In this document: positions 1 through 14,084 of the stretch, one piece after another | Layout: each line of letters starts with the position of its first letter | How positions within the stretch are numbered: position 1 is the first letter of the stretch | Assembly: GCA_964187785.1 (NCBI GenBank) | Contig: OZ076409.1 | Location: 36,520,001-36,584,000 of the forward strand | Source: Amphiscolops sp. MND2022 | Taxonomy: Eukaryota | Length of the DNA: 64,000 bases | Reading direction: 5' to 3' | Translations under genes and position numbers: made by a program | Notes under the pieces: model-generated | Told to the model about the DNA's origin: nothing | The model's database searches: none | The model's input: the letters and a program-made list of their open reading frames with translations, nothing else

Positions 1-2319
1 GCGTACATTCAGGAGCTACAGCTTATCAGGATACAAAATCAAATTTCTAACTTTCCGACTGGCTGGTGCTTCAATTATTTTCAAAAATTTAGCCCGGAAG
101 CTGTGATGTATCGTCGTTAGTCGCCAAAAAGCCTCTAAAATTGTTGCTGCAGTACAACATTCAACCGATGACGGCGTTTGTTTTCATTCATTCAGTCTCA
201 GAAAATTAACTAGAAAACCTGGTAAATTGTTTTCAAATGTAATATTTTAGAATTATTCGGCCAAAACAGCAGACAATTTGGGTTTTCAGGCATTTGGTGC
301 ATATTTTGGAGTTTGAACTGCAATTAAAAAAAGTTTTTTTATCATAAGTTAGCTGCACACCTGGAACCTCATTAATTTCAGCTTAGCTTGTAACACGAGA
401 AAAGTTTCTGCCCTTTACACCGTAAGCGTTTGAATTGACATTTATTGCGCAATCTAATCATATATCGCTTCCTATAAAGGCTACAAAAAACTTTGATTTT
501 TCCAATTGGCAATCTCGTCATTTTTAAATGTTATTTCCCTATGTTTCTCACACGTTACTTCCGTTATTATTGAACGATCGCGGAGCTTGAAAAACTTCCA
601 AATAAACTTTCATTAAAATGATAATGAAATAAATTGGAGCTTTCTCATTACCAGTATCATTATGCTTGAGAGGTGGAAGATTGTCTCCATGGAAGTATAT
701 AAATACAAGTTTTGTATTAATCCTGATTCAAGTAAAAACCACTGAAACTGAACATGGAAAGAGCGCTTCAAGATCAGCGCTTCAAGTTTCTGCCCTAGGC
801 ATGATAGAACTGAAATTTAGACAAAGCACATGGATGTTGCTAATCTAGAACAAGCAGCACATGTTCGGGTTTTTGTTTCTTCCATTTTATAAAATTTGAG
901 TTCGATGTTTGTCACCGCAGTACTACAGTAATACAGTACTATGATTAAGAACTCGTCTTCTTATGTGCTGAGCGTCGTTATAAACGAATTAAAATGACTT
1001 ATTTGCTGCTCTCACTTTCAGTTTGGATTGAAGCATTAAAAGTGAAATCTCAAGGCGCAAAAAGAACACTTCAGATGTTTTCCCAGTTTTGAGCAGGTTT
1101 TTGATAGAACTGTCTCAAATTTTAGATTCTATGGATTCTGCAGATTGTCTAGAATGCAGTGGTACTTTTGTGTAGTGTATCGTAGATTCAATCTGGGTAT
1201 CAACAATCAAATTCTTTTCGAGATGTTAGTTTGAAATTCACTAGAAAGTGTGGGTAGCACTTGCAAGGTTTATATAAAGTTTGTTAATGGAGTACTCACT
1301 TGCAAGCTGAAGGTCCAGCGCTGTGCCCTTTGGGCTAGTCTGGTCTCTAGTTTCCAGATCAGACATTGAGAACTCTTTTCACTTCTTAAGTTTAAGTAGA
1401 TGCAATCAGCTGGCTATTCTAATGAATAATTAATAACGAATTCAACTGAGAATGAAATTTGAAAAGGCTCTTGTCAATTCCCCAAACGCTGCTGAGTGCT
1501 GCAAAGACTGAATGCTATATCTCATTAAAACTGTTTTTCAAAAACGGATAATCAATTTCTGCAATTTGAAACTGATATACGGTTTTTAAATGGCTGTGAA
1601 AATAATTAGGGCATAAATTCCGGTTGTGGTTGAAAATATAAAGCTTTTTTCTTTCAGACGCGTATCCATTAAGATCCCATTAATTTTGAACGAAGGGTAA
1701 TCGGTGACCGGGTTTTAGACTGCAATCTAAAAACGCCTGTCTTTGGTCTCCAAGGGAATAAATTGGGATCCCACTGGTTGAATTTGGAACTGTTGTGGTT
1801 GCTGTAGAAAGGAATAAAAGGATGGGCTTGTCTCTATTTTCCCTCTTCTTACCAATTGATTCGCATTTCTAGCTATACAACTCGTTAGCTGTCGGAATCT
1901 TTCCCCTCACGCTGCTTTTGAACGATCCAATCGAATTAAAGCAATGTGTTATAAATTTTACTTTCCTGAAATTTTTCCTTTTCCTTCTGATGGTTTCCCC
2001 GTTTATTATTGCGACGCTTGACTGCCACGTCGGTCGCCTTCCTGGCCACGAGGTGCCCTGTTTGCATCAGAGTAGCCCCGAGTTTATTAAAAGCACACAT
2101 TATTTGTTAATATCCTCCCGGGCTCAATCGAGCTGTAAATGACAGCAGTAAATCTTGATTCCGCTTTAATTGTTTTTCATATCCTTCCCATTAGCCGGTC
2201 TGCTTTGTTGCTGCCGCGAATCCTGTTTTCCCATATTTTTAACTTTCTCTTTTGAACAGTGCCAGAGCATACTTGCTCGCTTAGTAACATTTTTGAAGCT
2301 CAATTCAATGAGCTTAACA

Positions 2320-4663
2320 TTATTTTCCGCCCATATTCCACATCGGAAAGAAAATATCTTAATCAGCCTCGTTTTTTTTAAAACATTTGCCATGTTCCAA
2401 ATTTATATTCAAGTTGAAGGGTGTCACCCATAGAATTCAACTCACATAAACTAAGCTTCGTGCGGTATGTATTTGTAGAGATTTCTGGGTATGACCAAAA
2501 TGACACCGAAAATAAAACTTCCAAAAATTGCCGGTTTTTAACGTTTTTACGCAATTTTTGTCAAATTTTCGATACACTTCGTAGATTTCAATGTTGAAAA
2601 TGTTCAGCAAGGAAAACGTTCTGCAGTTTTACAAGAGGAAAATGTCTCAAATTGACACCGAAAACGACCAAAATATTCCGGTTTTCAAAGTTTTAATGCA
2701 ATTTTTGCCAAATTTTTGATGGATTTCGTGGATTAGAACGTTGAAAACGTTCAACAAAGAGAGAATTTGTTGTTCAGTAAGCTTTTGCTAATTGCAGTTT
2801 TCTGAATGAAAACATCTCAAAATGACATCGAAAGTGACAAAATTTCCAAAATTTTCCAATTTTGAAAGTTTTTTTTCAGAGAAGGGTCAACACGTGGAAA
2901 AATTGTTGTCCAGCAGTCTTTCGAGAAGAGATAAATGCAGTTTTTCAAATTAAAAAATGTCCCGAATTGACACCGAAAATGACGAAGATTCCAAAATATT
3001 CCGATTTTCAAAATTTTCATTCAATTTTTGTCAATTTTTTGATGGACTTCGTGAATTAGAATGTTTAAACTGTTCAACAAGGAAAATTTTGTTGTCGAGG
3101 AAGCTTTTTTCAAGAGATAAATATATTTGCAATAGAAAAATTCCTCAAATTGACCCAGAAAAGGTCGCAATTTCCAAACTTTAATTGCTTTTGTCGTTTT
3201 TCATGCAATTTCTGTACCCTTTCCGAGAGACTCCATGGGTTAGAAGGCCCAAATTGTTCCAAATTGAGGATTTAGCATTGCAGTACGCCTTTTTAAATAG
3301 AAAGTTGCAGCGTTTTGCTTCAAAAACACTTCAGATTGATTCCAAATGAATCGAAAAATTTCAACATCTTCACATTCTTATGCAACTTTTGTGTTCTTTG
3401 AAATGTTTGTGGTCAGAATGTTTAAAACGTTCAACAACGATTGAAGACGTATTTGCGTCTTCTGTTGGAAAGTGCCCTAAATTGACAGCGAAGAGTCGAA
3501 TTGCCGATTTTTGATTTTTTCAGTGATATTCTATTTTAGATTAGAATCATTTGGTAGGATAAATCTTCAAAAAGCTCCAGATGACATAACTAGGTTCGCA
3601 GCACGCTTTTTATAGAAAACTTTGCAGTTTTGTGGTAGAAAACCTCAGAATGACCCACAATTGAAGAAAAACTCGAAAGTTTCCATGTTTGAGCTTTTTC
3701 GAAGTTTTTCTAAATTTTGCAGCAATTTCTTTTCATATAAGGGTTTTAAAAACTCAGCAACGACTAAACCGGGTATCTATTAGTCGTTTCTGATAAAACA
3801 GCATTTTTCTTGTTGGAATCGGACTCAAAAACACCCTTAACTCCAGAAAATAACAAACAAACATGCTGTTTGACAAATTAATCTCAAATTTTGCTCATAG
3901 CACAAAACGTTTTGTAGAATAGAACTTCAATTGAGCTGAACGTTGAAACAATATGGTATTCAAAATGAAGTTTGGGAAAGAAAGTGGGATAACGTTCTTC
4001 GATTTTGACAACAAAGGTGTCAAAATGTCCGATTATTCGCATTTTTCGACAACATAATTCCTATTTTGGACCATTTCCGAATATTTCCTTCAATGAGAAA
4101 ATCCATAAACTCAGAATTGAAGTATGTAGCTACCGGTACTGTTTCAAAATGATATCGGACAACTTAATATGCAAAAATGTTCTTGAAACTTAACTGGAAA
4201 ACATAATACTCTTATTTCGACCTTCTTTGACATTTTTGTAATATTCAAAAGCTCCAAGCGATAATCACTGGCTATGCAGTACACCTTCCAAGAAAACGTT
4301 TTTGCAGTTTCCCACATACGAAGAAAATCTCAGAATTATCTAAAAGTCAAAATGTTTTTGTCGAGCTATTTCCTAAATTAGAATTAAACATTCAATGACG
4401 ACTGAACTCGGTATCCAGTAGGTTTTTTAAAAATGACATGTGTCGTTTCTTGCGGGAAAAGTTCCTCGAAATGGTCCCAGTGTTTTCGAAAGTATCAAAT
4501 GTTTCCTTGTTTTGACATATTTAGTGACCTTTCATGCAAAAATATAGAAATTTGGTGTTAGGTACTGGTATTCACACAGTTCAACAACAAAACTCTTGAG
4601 CATCAAATTTGTCGTTGTAGAACAGTTTGGGGCGGAAATATGTCGCTGGTCAGCGGGCATCTT
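2320..4663 (+). mobile_element. Non-autonomous Helitron2/Helentron-like element, family C, with internal degenerate ~170-190 bp tandem repeats
   Basis: 5' TATTTTCCGCCC (2321-2332) is inverted relative to subterminal GGGCGGAAATA (4630-4640), which is followed by the hairpin CGCTG-gt-CAGCG (4644-4655). Repeating 'aattgacaccgaaaatgac...gacttcgtggattagaatgtt' units lie inside. A diverged reverse-orientation copy is at 31904-34607. Confidence 0.65.
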
Positions 4664-4830
4664 CTAAGGCATCTCTAAGGTTAGTTGGCTTGTTGGTTTG
4701 AGGACGAATGTTACAGACCGATTGTCCTGGGCTCAATTCTAGCAAAGGTCAATTTTTGTCTACATGCTGTTGGGGTTTGAACGCGATGTTTGTAAGCAGA
4801 ATGTTGAGTTTTTGAACTGGTCAACATCGA

Positions 4831-5920
4831 TTTTTAGTCGGCGCTTCATGAAGTGAAACGCGACTATTATAGTGACTTTTTTTCTATCCACACGAACTTA
4901 CCAAAATAGTTCTTAAAAGTTCTACAAAATATTATTGCACCAAATTGCACTATTTGGCCTACCGAACTGAACCAAAAAAGGTTTTTCCTCTTTTTCCGCG
5001 TAATATACCATACAAAATATTATTGCATCAAATTGCACTATTTGGCCTAGCGATCTGAACCAAAAAGGTTTTTCCGCGTAACATACCATACCGGGCGAGA
5101 CCAAAGGGTCCCCCCTTTCATTTTTTTTCGGCACTGCGAGACTTTTTTTCGAAAAAAAAATTTCCCCAAAGGGTCCCCCTGCATTTTTTTGATGTTTTGC
5201 GACAGAATGGATGTTGAAAATCCCAAAGGGTCCCCCTTTCGGTTTTTTTCGGCATTGTGAGATTTTTTCCCGAAAATAAAAATTTTTGTTTTCTTCAATT
5301 TTTTCATGTTTTGCGACAGAATGGATGTTGAAAAACCTCAAAGGGTCCACCCTTTCAGTTTTTCGGCATTGTGAGACTTTAGCGCGCCACTCGGTCCATT
5401 TTTTTGAGTATGTAGTTTTTTCGAAAATTTTTTTTCAAAAATTTTGATTTCCGAGTACTGTAAAAGAGTACTTGACACTTGGAAGTCTTTTTGCTATTTT
5501 TGAGCCTTGGATATGGCGCCGACTTGGGCCGGTCCCGGCTTGTTTTCTATCCACACGAACTGACCAAAATAGTTCCTAAAAGTTCTACGAAAAATTAATG
5601 CACCAAATTGCACCATTTGGCCTAGCGAACTGAACCAAAAAGGTTTTTCCTGTTTTTCCGCGTAACATACCATACCCTTCGAGACCAAAGGGTCCCCATT
5701 TCAGGCATTGTGAGACTTAAGCATTGTGAGACTTGGCATTGTGAGACTTAAGCGCGCCATTCGGTCCATTTTTTTGAGTATGTAATTTTTTCGAAAAATT
5801 TTTTTTCAAAAAATTTTCGATTTTCGAGTACTGTAAAAGAGAATACTTTACACTTGGAAGTCTTTTTGCTATTTTTGAGCCTTGGATATGGCGCCGACTT
5901 GGGCCGGTCCCGGCTTGTTT
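4831..5920 (+). mobile_element. Non-autonomous Helentron/DINE-1-like element, family A (full copy plus head-to-tail partial copy)
   Basis: Starts TTTTT-AGTCGGCGC (4836-4844). Subterminal inverse GCGCCGACT at 5516 and again at 5891, each followed by hairpin GCCGG-tc-CCGGC and TTGTTT. Segment 5544-5920 repeats the internal and 3' part of 4880-5543. Confidence 0.7.
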
Positions 5921-7413
5921 ACTTTTTGAAAATGAACTGCTGTAATTATAGCCTTAAGCGAGGCGCCGACGTATGCCGATCCCGATTTGTTTTTCATTAA
6001 CCTATCAACCACGTGAAAAGCCGAGAAGGCCAAAGTTTTCCCTACCTCATAGTTCATCAAAAGTAGACAAAGCGGTCTGAAATTTTTGAACGGACGAGAG
6101 TGATATAAATCAACGTTGTTTCAATTTCAAAATTAAAATGTTTAACTGCAGTTAGTCTTATTCTTATTACGAATTACTAAATTTATGCACGCAAAACATG
6201 CTCACACCGTCTTCGTCAATTCTAAAGAATTCGAGGACCTTTTTTAACGCGCTTTTAGGAAACAAAAGTGCTAAACTCTTGCAGAGGCCAGTTTTTCTCC
6301 AACTGCCACTGTGATGGCCATTTTTTACAAGTTTGACAAATTCCACTGAAGAAAGTGATTAGGAGTCTTGATGGCCTTTGTGTTTTTTTCTGAACTGTGC
6401 ATTGTTTTGGAACTTTTTATTTCGCAAAGCGGTTCTCGCTTTGGTTGTATGGTTTCTGGTGAGAGCAAAAAAAGCCCCATTATACAGATAGGCCGAAAGG
6501 CTCCCTCTTTTTTTTCGGTACTGAGAAATTGAGAATTTATTCAAAAGAGAATCCTGACGCTTCGACTTTCTTTTGTTCTTTTTGAGCCTTAAGCGGCGCT
6601 GATTTATGCTGTTCCTTGTTTGTTTGTTTTGTTTTCAAATTGAACCAAGGAAACACGTTTTTGGATACAACTACTATATAGCTTCATAGTGATATAATTC
6701 GGATATAAACGTCAAAAATAGAAAATGGTGATTTTTAGTTGGCGCATTTTAGCAGAAAATCAGAGCGACGGTTACAGTGGCAAGTTCCTTTTTCTTTTTT
6801 TTTCGTCAGATAACAGAATGTATGCATAGTGTACACTTTTTACAGAAACTACTGGACCGGTCAGCGGAAACCAAGTTAGTGCAAAAAATCCCCCTTTCAT
6901 TTAATCCATTTTTAATGTGACATACAAAACCGGACGAGACTAAGGCCCTTTTTCACTTTTCTCATTTTTCGTCTGAAATTAGGTTTTCTCAAATAATCTA
7001 CTAATAATTTTCCGAATTTTTGACGTTATATCCGACGCAGGTTGCGTTCTACTGAAGAGGAGGTCGAGGTTCGAAGTATTGCGCTAGATCCAATTTTTTG
7101 ACGCTATCTCCGAACTATAATGTGTTTTGCTATGGAGGAGGCGGAGGTTCAAAAAAAGCGCTCCCATTTGTCCCGGTACGTTATATCCGACTTTTTGGGG
7201 TGTTTTCCGGGCACGCATTTTGGTGAGTTTGTCATGAAAAAAGACCTGGGCATATTTTTTTCAGAACTTTGCGCTTTTTAAGCCTTAAGTGTAGCGCCGA
7301 TTTAAGACACTTCCGTCTTGTTTTCCTCTATTGCGTAATGTCAGACAGGAGTTCGAGTGTCGAATCTAGCTATTGCCGAGATGTTCATCTTTTCAAATTT
7401 AATTATAATTGTG

Positions 7414-7815
7414 TTTTTAGTCGGCGCTTTTCTAGTGCAAAGAGCCCGACTATTACAGTGGCAAGTTTTTTTTCGTGAGACCACAGACCTCATCGTATAT
7501 GTACCACTTTTTAGTACAGACTTTACTCGGTTTACGGTGAACCCAGGGGTCACGGGTTCGAGTCCTTGTTTTAGAGCTTTCGAGCATTTGCGAAAGCGGA
7601 CGAGACTGAAGGGTACCCTCTTTCAATTTTTTTTGGCACTGTGCGACTTTTTTTCGAATTTTTTACTCCAAAGGGTCCCTCCTTCAATTTATTTGATATT
7701 TTGCAACAAACTGGATTTTGAAAAGCCCGAAGGGTCCCCCCTTTTACAGGTTTAAAACTTTTGCGTTTTTTGAGCCTTAGATAGAGCGCCGACTTTAGAC
7801 GTTCCCGTTTTGTTC
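7414..7815 (+). mobile_element. Family A Helentron-like element copy
   Basis: TTTTTAGTCGGCGC at 7414-7427, GCGCCGACT at 7786 followed by a degenerate hairpin, and an internal B-box-like GGTTCGAGTCC near 7555. Confidence 0.6.
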
Positions 7816-9066
7816 TTTTCAGATATAACGGACGTATTCGGTTTAAATCGGATATAACGTCGAAAGTTCTGCATTAACGCTTTTTTTCAGTCTCTGCCTC
7901 CAGCAAGATAATATTGGGTTTTCGAATCTGGCTAACGCTATATTTTTCTTAGGTTGAGTTGTGCTAATTGCAGGTTTTGATATTACGGGCTTAATTACAA
8001 TTTCTCCCTGGGTGGGAGTTCCCATCTTACTGACGTAGAACCTCTGTATCTTTTCAAATTGAACTCATTAATACTATTTTCGGATAAGACGCTCTTTTCG
8101 ATGAAAAATTCGCCACATCCAATTTTTGATATTTTATCGCAATTTAATCGGATATAACCGGAGATCTCATCTAGTCAGTATCAAACTTTTTTTCAAACCG
8201 AACTGTTATACAGTTTTCTAATTGAGTATTCAATAATACAAATTGCGCTATATTCAGTTTTGTCGCTGTTTTGAGTCATATTAGGTCTTGCCAGAGTTAA
8301 AGTACAATTTTCCAAATCGAATATAATGTACTCAAATCGAACTATAATAAGATTGTTTTCTGATAAAATGTATATAACGATGAAAAAATCTTGTATATCC
8401 AATTTTTTGACGATTTTGTTTATTTTTCAAAATGGTCTTGCCAAGAAGAAGACGGTGAAAATTGACATTTCGGAAGCTTGTATGCATCTTTGCCTGACTC
8501 AGTTCTCACATCTGTGGAGTCATTTTCAATTGAGTGTATCCCATTACTTCTTTTCTAATACTTAAGGATTTTACAATTTTCCGATTTTTTAAAGGCGTCT
8601 TGTAACAGTCTACGAAAATTTTTAAGGCGGCACAGCGCCTCTTGTTTGATACATTATTCGGGTGACAATATTTCCTTGATCTGTTTTGTTTTGATATGCT
8701 CATTGTTACAATGAAGGAAGTATGATAAAGTTTAAATTTGGACTCTTTTCATCTCACAGTGGATTAAAAAGGTTTTCGGACTTCGAGTAGATCGTTTTTG
8801 TAGTACTTCTTGGGTTTTTAGGATGTTTTGTTAAAGAACTGGGTCAAGTTGTATATTTTCAAGACTTTGATGCTCGTACAAACCACTTGGGCAAAGGAAT
8901 TTTCTTTCTTAGAATTTTTTTTACTTTTAATACCAATTTTCGGGCTACAAAAAATTCAGCATTTTCATCTGTTACCATAGAAGATACGATGCTGATCTTG
9001 TGGCGGTAAAAAGCTCTTAAAGGGTCCGAAATATTTTTACAAGTACCTTTGCTCACTGAAGCTTGT

Positions 9067-9592
9067 GTTTTTATTTCCGCGGTAGCAGGAATATTATTGA
9101 AACCTCAAGATGTCTATTTTTTTCAGTAAAATTCTTGGTATGATACTGAATATATCAGATATTTTTTTCGGCTGTGACTATAAGCGTGAGAATTAATTTT
9201 CTCAAGCTGCCGACGACAATTCAATTCTCGTGCGATGGAACGGAACGAGCGAATATTATGCATTCGTACGCTGGCGTCATTGAGATGAAGCGAGCGATTG
9301 TTCGTAATTATGCTTTCGTACGCTGAGTTATTGAGATGGCGCGAATGAGTGTTAATTATTCGTTCGGTGAGAGCTTGGCCTGCATTCAAATGCGAATGCG
9401 AAACTTCGTCTACGTTTAGTAGTTAATTTGCTTTAGTCCGAGATTTAACGACGGTATAAACTGGTACAGTGATTAATTGTGCGCTAAATAATGATTAAAC
9501 AGGTGTGTATTGGTATTCCAGATATGATTCTATTATTAATGTAACGAAAGATTAAATCAGAAATAATAGTGTGCCCCGGAGGGGCCTATTTT
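9067..9592 (+). mobile_element. Non-autonomous Helentron-like element, family B (~520-600 bp)
   Basis: Shares core 'ctcaagctgccgacgacaattc...cgtacgctgagttattgagat...gcctgcattcaaatgcgaatgcg' with copies at 11072, 13481 and 15764. Ends with CAGAAATAATA, hairpin GCCCC-gga-GGGGC, then CTATTTT. Confidence 0.7.
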
Positions 9593-11071
9593 TAGAATAT
9601 AGGAATTCGGATCTTACGCATTCTTTTATTTCTAGACTTTTACGAACTTCATCCTATATTCATGAAAGCATCCCAAATGTTCGTATCTCTCCTAATTGAT
9701 TCAATCGCCTTTTTTGACGCAACTAGAAGAACTAAATTCCATTTCCATGTGTTTTTGGCATTGTGAGACTTGTTTGGAAGAATTTTTTGTCGGCGCTTTT
9801 CTTTAGAAAAGAGTGACTATAGCCATGACTTTTCGTCAGTTTTTTCTCGATACACCTGAACTAGCCAAAAGAGTTCTAGCAAAAGTTCTTTGACAAAGCT
9901 GGCGAAGTCAGTCACTGCCACTTAGCCTAGTGGTTAATGCGGGTTTCGCGTTCTGGCGGCGAGGTCTAAGGTGCAGGGATACGTGAGTTCTAGTCTCGCA
10001 CTAAACGCCCCCATCAAAATTTTCGGCGCTATGCGACTTTTTTCAGATCTTTTTCCAAACCTTAACTTCCTCCCTCTATTTTCAGCAGTAGCAAAGCCTT
10101 TTTTCACAATTTTTGGTTTGTCGATGTTTTCTATAAAGGAAATATGTTTCCCGAGTCCCTCTTTTTAACTTTTTGATCCGTGGAACTGATGAGTTTTCTT
10201 AATGGTTGTGGGAAAGACCTTTTCAGCTTTTCTTTGGCTCTGTGGTTTTTTGCGAAACTTTCATTCGGTCAAAGGGTATTCCCCTCGCTTCCATAGCTGG
10301 TTTCGGCTAGAATAAGAGTAGTTTTGCGAGCTGAAAGCTCCTTTTTCGCCACTGAGACATCGAAAAAATAAATAATTTTCAAAAATGAAGATTTTTCTGT
10401 TTCCAGATGGGAAAAAAGTTGGTTTCCTAGTCTTATGCGTATTCCTTGGGGTTTTTTGCGGCACTGAGCAATTGAAAAAAGTGTAAAAAGTGTCCGTTGC
10501 ATATTCAAGAATAAAGATCTATGAAGATCTACAATACGCATTAAATCTAAAGAGAAGCAAAATTCTTCAAAAGGTCCTTCCTATCATATTTTGACTTTTC
10601 AATTCGAATTAAAATGCAGTTTGGAAACTGTTTCATTGCACAAAATTTTTCTAGCTTTGGTTTTTCTACGTTTTAAGTTAGGAAGATAACTTTTGTAGCC
10701 CAAAGGGTGTTTTCAGCAGTAAAATTCTGAGAAAATTTATTAAAACCACTTACAGCATATTTGAAAATTAAAAAACCTTCGGGTTTTTCGACACTCAGCT
10801 GCTTTTTCTGCAGTTTTTATAAATTTTCAGCACCGGGTCAGCCTTTAGCCATTGTCTTTCCAAGTTTCCAGTTAAAACAAAATTCTTCTTGTAAGCCCGG
10901 GGGGATTTTTTGGCATTTAGTTTTTTTTCCAATTACTGTAAAACGGGTCATTTAGCCTTTTCAAAGTCAGAAAAAACTTCCCTCTCGTTTTTTTTGACAT
11001 CGTGAAGTTTAGTTTTTTTCAGAAACAGCCCCTCAACGAGTTGAAGTATTTTACGCTTTTTGAGGTCCCAT

Positions 11072-11585
11072 TTTATTGTTAATATTTCTGCGACAGCAGG
11101 AATAATATTGAAATCTGAATTTTGCAACTTTTTTGAGTCAATTTTTTGTACGCGATTCGAGTACCTACTGAAAAATTCATATTTTGCTCGGGAGTAAGTA
11201 TACGCGTGAGATATAAATTGCTCAAGCTGTCGACGACAATTCGTTTTTCGTGCGATGAAAAGAGCGAGTGGTAATTATGCCTTCGTACGCCGAATTCATT
11301 GAGATGAAGCGAGCAAATGTTCGTAATTATGCTTTCGTACGCCGAGTTATTGAGATTAAGCGAACGTGTGTTAATTATTCGTTCGCCGAAAGCTTCGCCT
11401 GCATTCAAATGCGAATGCGAAACTTCATCTACGATCAGTAGTTATATTTTCTTTAATTCGGGGAGAATTTAGGGCGGTGTAAACTGGTAGTGATTAATTG
11501 TGCGCTATATAAAAAATTAAGATATGCTTCTATTATTGAAAGCCTAAAAGTAAAAATAATACTGTGCCCCGCAGGGGCCTATTTT
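11072..11585 (+). mobile_element. Family B element copy
   Basis: Same core and 3' hairpin GCCCC-gca-GGGGC-CTATTTT; near-identical to 15764-16279. Confidence 0.7.
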
Positions 11586-12239
11586 CCGAAAATTAAATAA
11601 TATTTCGAGAAACTCGATATTGTGAAATGCATACTCGTGAGTTGAAAGCACTTTTTAATGACTACTTCTTTAAAGCATCGCAATTGTATGACTACGGTCT
11701 CAAGGAAAAGTTCTTTTTAGTTGATCAGATGATTAAATTAGATGAAATCTGTCTCTGGGCCTTCTGAATGTTCCCAATTATAGACCACATTGCCATAATA
11801 TCAAAATACCACAGGATAAAATACAAGACTCAGGACAAAATAATAATGCGTGAAACTTACTCACCGGTATTTCGTTTTCATGTGTAAGATTTGCTTTTTT
11901 TTCTAAAATGAAACAATTTCAACAACGAGCCTTTCATGGATTCAAAATAATGGTTGTATGACACAGCCTTATTGCTGCCGGAGCACTTTCGTCGAACCCA
12001 GTTTTGCCAAGAATGGTGGTACGTCACTTTGCTTTGATCCTAAAATCAGGACTCTATAGGAAGTTTACATTGCTGCAATTTTAAGTTCCGGGATTTTGCC
12101 CTGACATCAATGTTCCAGATAATGTTGATGAATTGAATGTTGATGAATTGAAAAGCCTGAACACGAAAATCTGATTACGTCAGTGCCCACCCTTGTTCAA
12201 AGTTTGGGTGGGCACTGACAAAGTTTTTCAAATATACAG

Positions 12240-13248
12240 AGGGACATCATTGTATAAATTTCGTCAAATTTAGTGCCGGAAAATACCTGAAGGGATACGC
12301 ATAAGACTCCAAAACAGTTTCTTCCCAAACTGGAAACATCAGAAAATCCAATTTTTGGAAATTAGTTTTTCTTGAAGTTTCTTTTCGAAACAAAGACTCA
12401 TAGTGCTGAAAATGGAGCTTTAAGCTCGCAAAACGCTTTTTTTTCGAGCCGAAAACATGGAAGTGAAGGTGATGCACTTTGACCAAACAAATTTTTGGAA
12501 GTCGCACAGTGCCGAAGAATAGTGTAGGTCTTTTCTTTTACATAGGATATTTTTTTTCAAATTCTTCGTTAAGATACATAGCGCCGAAAAAACCCTAAAG
12601 AAGGATCATTCGTTATTCCCTCTACTTTTGCGAGCATTAAAAATTTCGGTTGGGTGTGAGACTCCAACCCATGTACTCCTGCTTCTCAGATCCTGTATCA
12701 GACCGTATCAGAAATCCTAATTAACCTCTAGGCCAAGAGGCAGTTAGAAAATACTACGTTTACTTATAGACGAACCTATAGAAATGTCAGTTAAATGGAC
12801 TTAAAAAAGTCATTGCTATAGCCTGATTTTCAGGAGTGGGGAAGTTTTTTCGTCTACTCATGTAGTCGTACCTTTTCGAAAAATGTCTCACAATGCCAAA
12901 AAAATTGAAAGGGGGGACCCTTTGGGATTTTTCAACATCCATTCTGTCGCAAAACTCCAAAAAATTGAAAATGGGACCCTTCGGGGGAAAAAATTTTCTC
13001 CGAAAAAAGTCGTAATACCAAAAAAAAACTGAAATGGGGACCCTTTGGTCTCGTCCGGTATTGTATGTTACGCGGGGAAATCTTTTTGGTTCAGTTCACT
13101 GGGCCAACAGGGGCAATTCAAAATTTTGTGGAACTTTTGGTAGAACTATTTTGGTCACTTCAGGTGTATCGAAAAAAAATGAAGAAAAGCACTGACGAAA
13201 AGCCATGACTATAGTCGTCTGTTTCCAAGAAAAGTGCCGACTAAAAAA
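12240..13248 (-). mobile_element. Family A-related element, reverse orientation (left boundary approximate)
   Basis: Reverse 5' end 'aaaagtgccgactaaaaaa' at 13231-13248, with reverse copies of the 'aaagggtccccc', 'ttgcgacagaatggatgttgaaaaatccc' and 'gaccaaaatagttcta' blocks. Confidence 0.5.
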
Positions 13249-13480
13249 CGAAAGAACGGCCAATGATAGTAACACATACATTTCTCTGTTTTTTAGTCGA
13301 GGCTTTGTTGAAAACAAAACGCGACTATTATGGTGGTTTTTCGTCTGTTCTTTTTTCAATCCACACGAGCTGACCAAAATAGTTCTACAAACGTTCTACA
13401 AAACCTTGAAATCGTTAATTGTACTATTTGGACCAGCACGCTATATCGAATTTATGACGTTATATCCGAAGTAGATCACC

Positions 13481-14084
13481 TTTTTATTATTTCTGCTTTA
13501 GCAGGAATATTATTGAAATCTCAAAATGTCTACTTTTTTCTGTACAATTCTTGGCACGATACTGAATAATTCAGATATTTTGTTCGGCAGTGACTAAGCG
13601 CAAGAATTAAATTTCTCAAGCTGCTGACGACAATTCAATTCTCGTGCGATGGAACGAGCGAGTGGTAATTATGCATCCGTAAGCTGACGCCATTGAGATG
13701 AATCGAGCGAATGTTCGTAATTGTGCTTTCATTGCGCTGAGTTATGAGTTATTGAGATGAAGCGAATGAGTAATAATTAAACTTTCGCGGAGAGCTTCGC
13801 CTGCATTCAAATATAAATTTGCTTTAGTCCGTGATTTACTACAATTACTACTAAAAGACTGAATTGATTCTAGTCAGAAATTGATTCTAGAAAGAAATAC
13901 TTGATGATATTTACATGTACAGATTTTTCTTAACAACAGATTTAAAGGCGGTATAAACTGGTACAGTGCGTAATTGTGCCCTAAATAATGTTTAAACAGG
14001 AGTGTATTGGTATTCCAGATATGATTCTATTATTAATGAAAGATAAAAGCAGAAATAATAGTGTGCCCCGGAAGGGCCTATTTT
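13481..14084 (+). mobile_element. Family B element copy
   Basis: 5' TATTATTTCTGC is the exact inverse of subterminal GCAGAAATAATA (14049-14060), which is followed by the GCCC-cggaa-GGGC hairpin and CTATTTT. Confidence 0.7.

Noticed and set aside
1690..2300. Possible decayed SF3 helicase/primase on the minus strand ('IINGETIRRKKEKF', 'IPLETKDRRF')
   Set aside because: Many stops, no clear Walker A or B motif, and the spacing does not fit; cannot be supported without a search.
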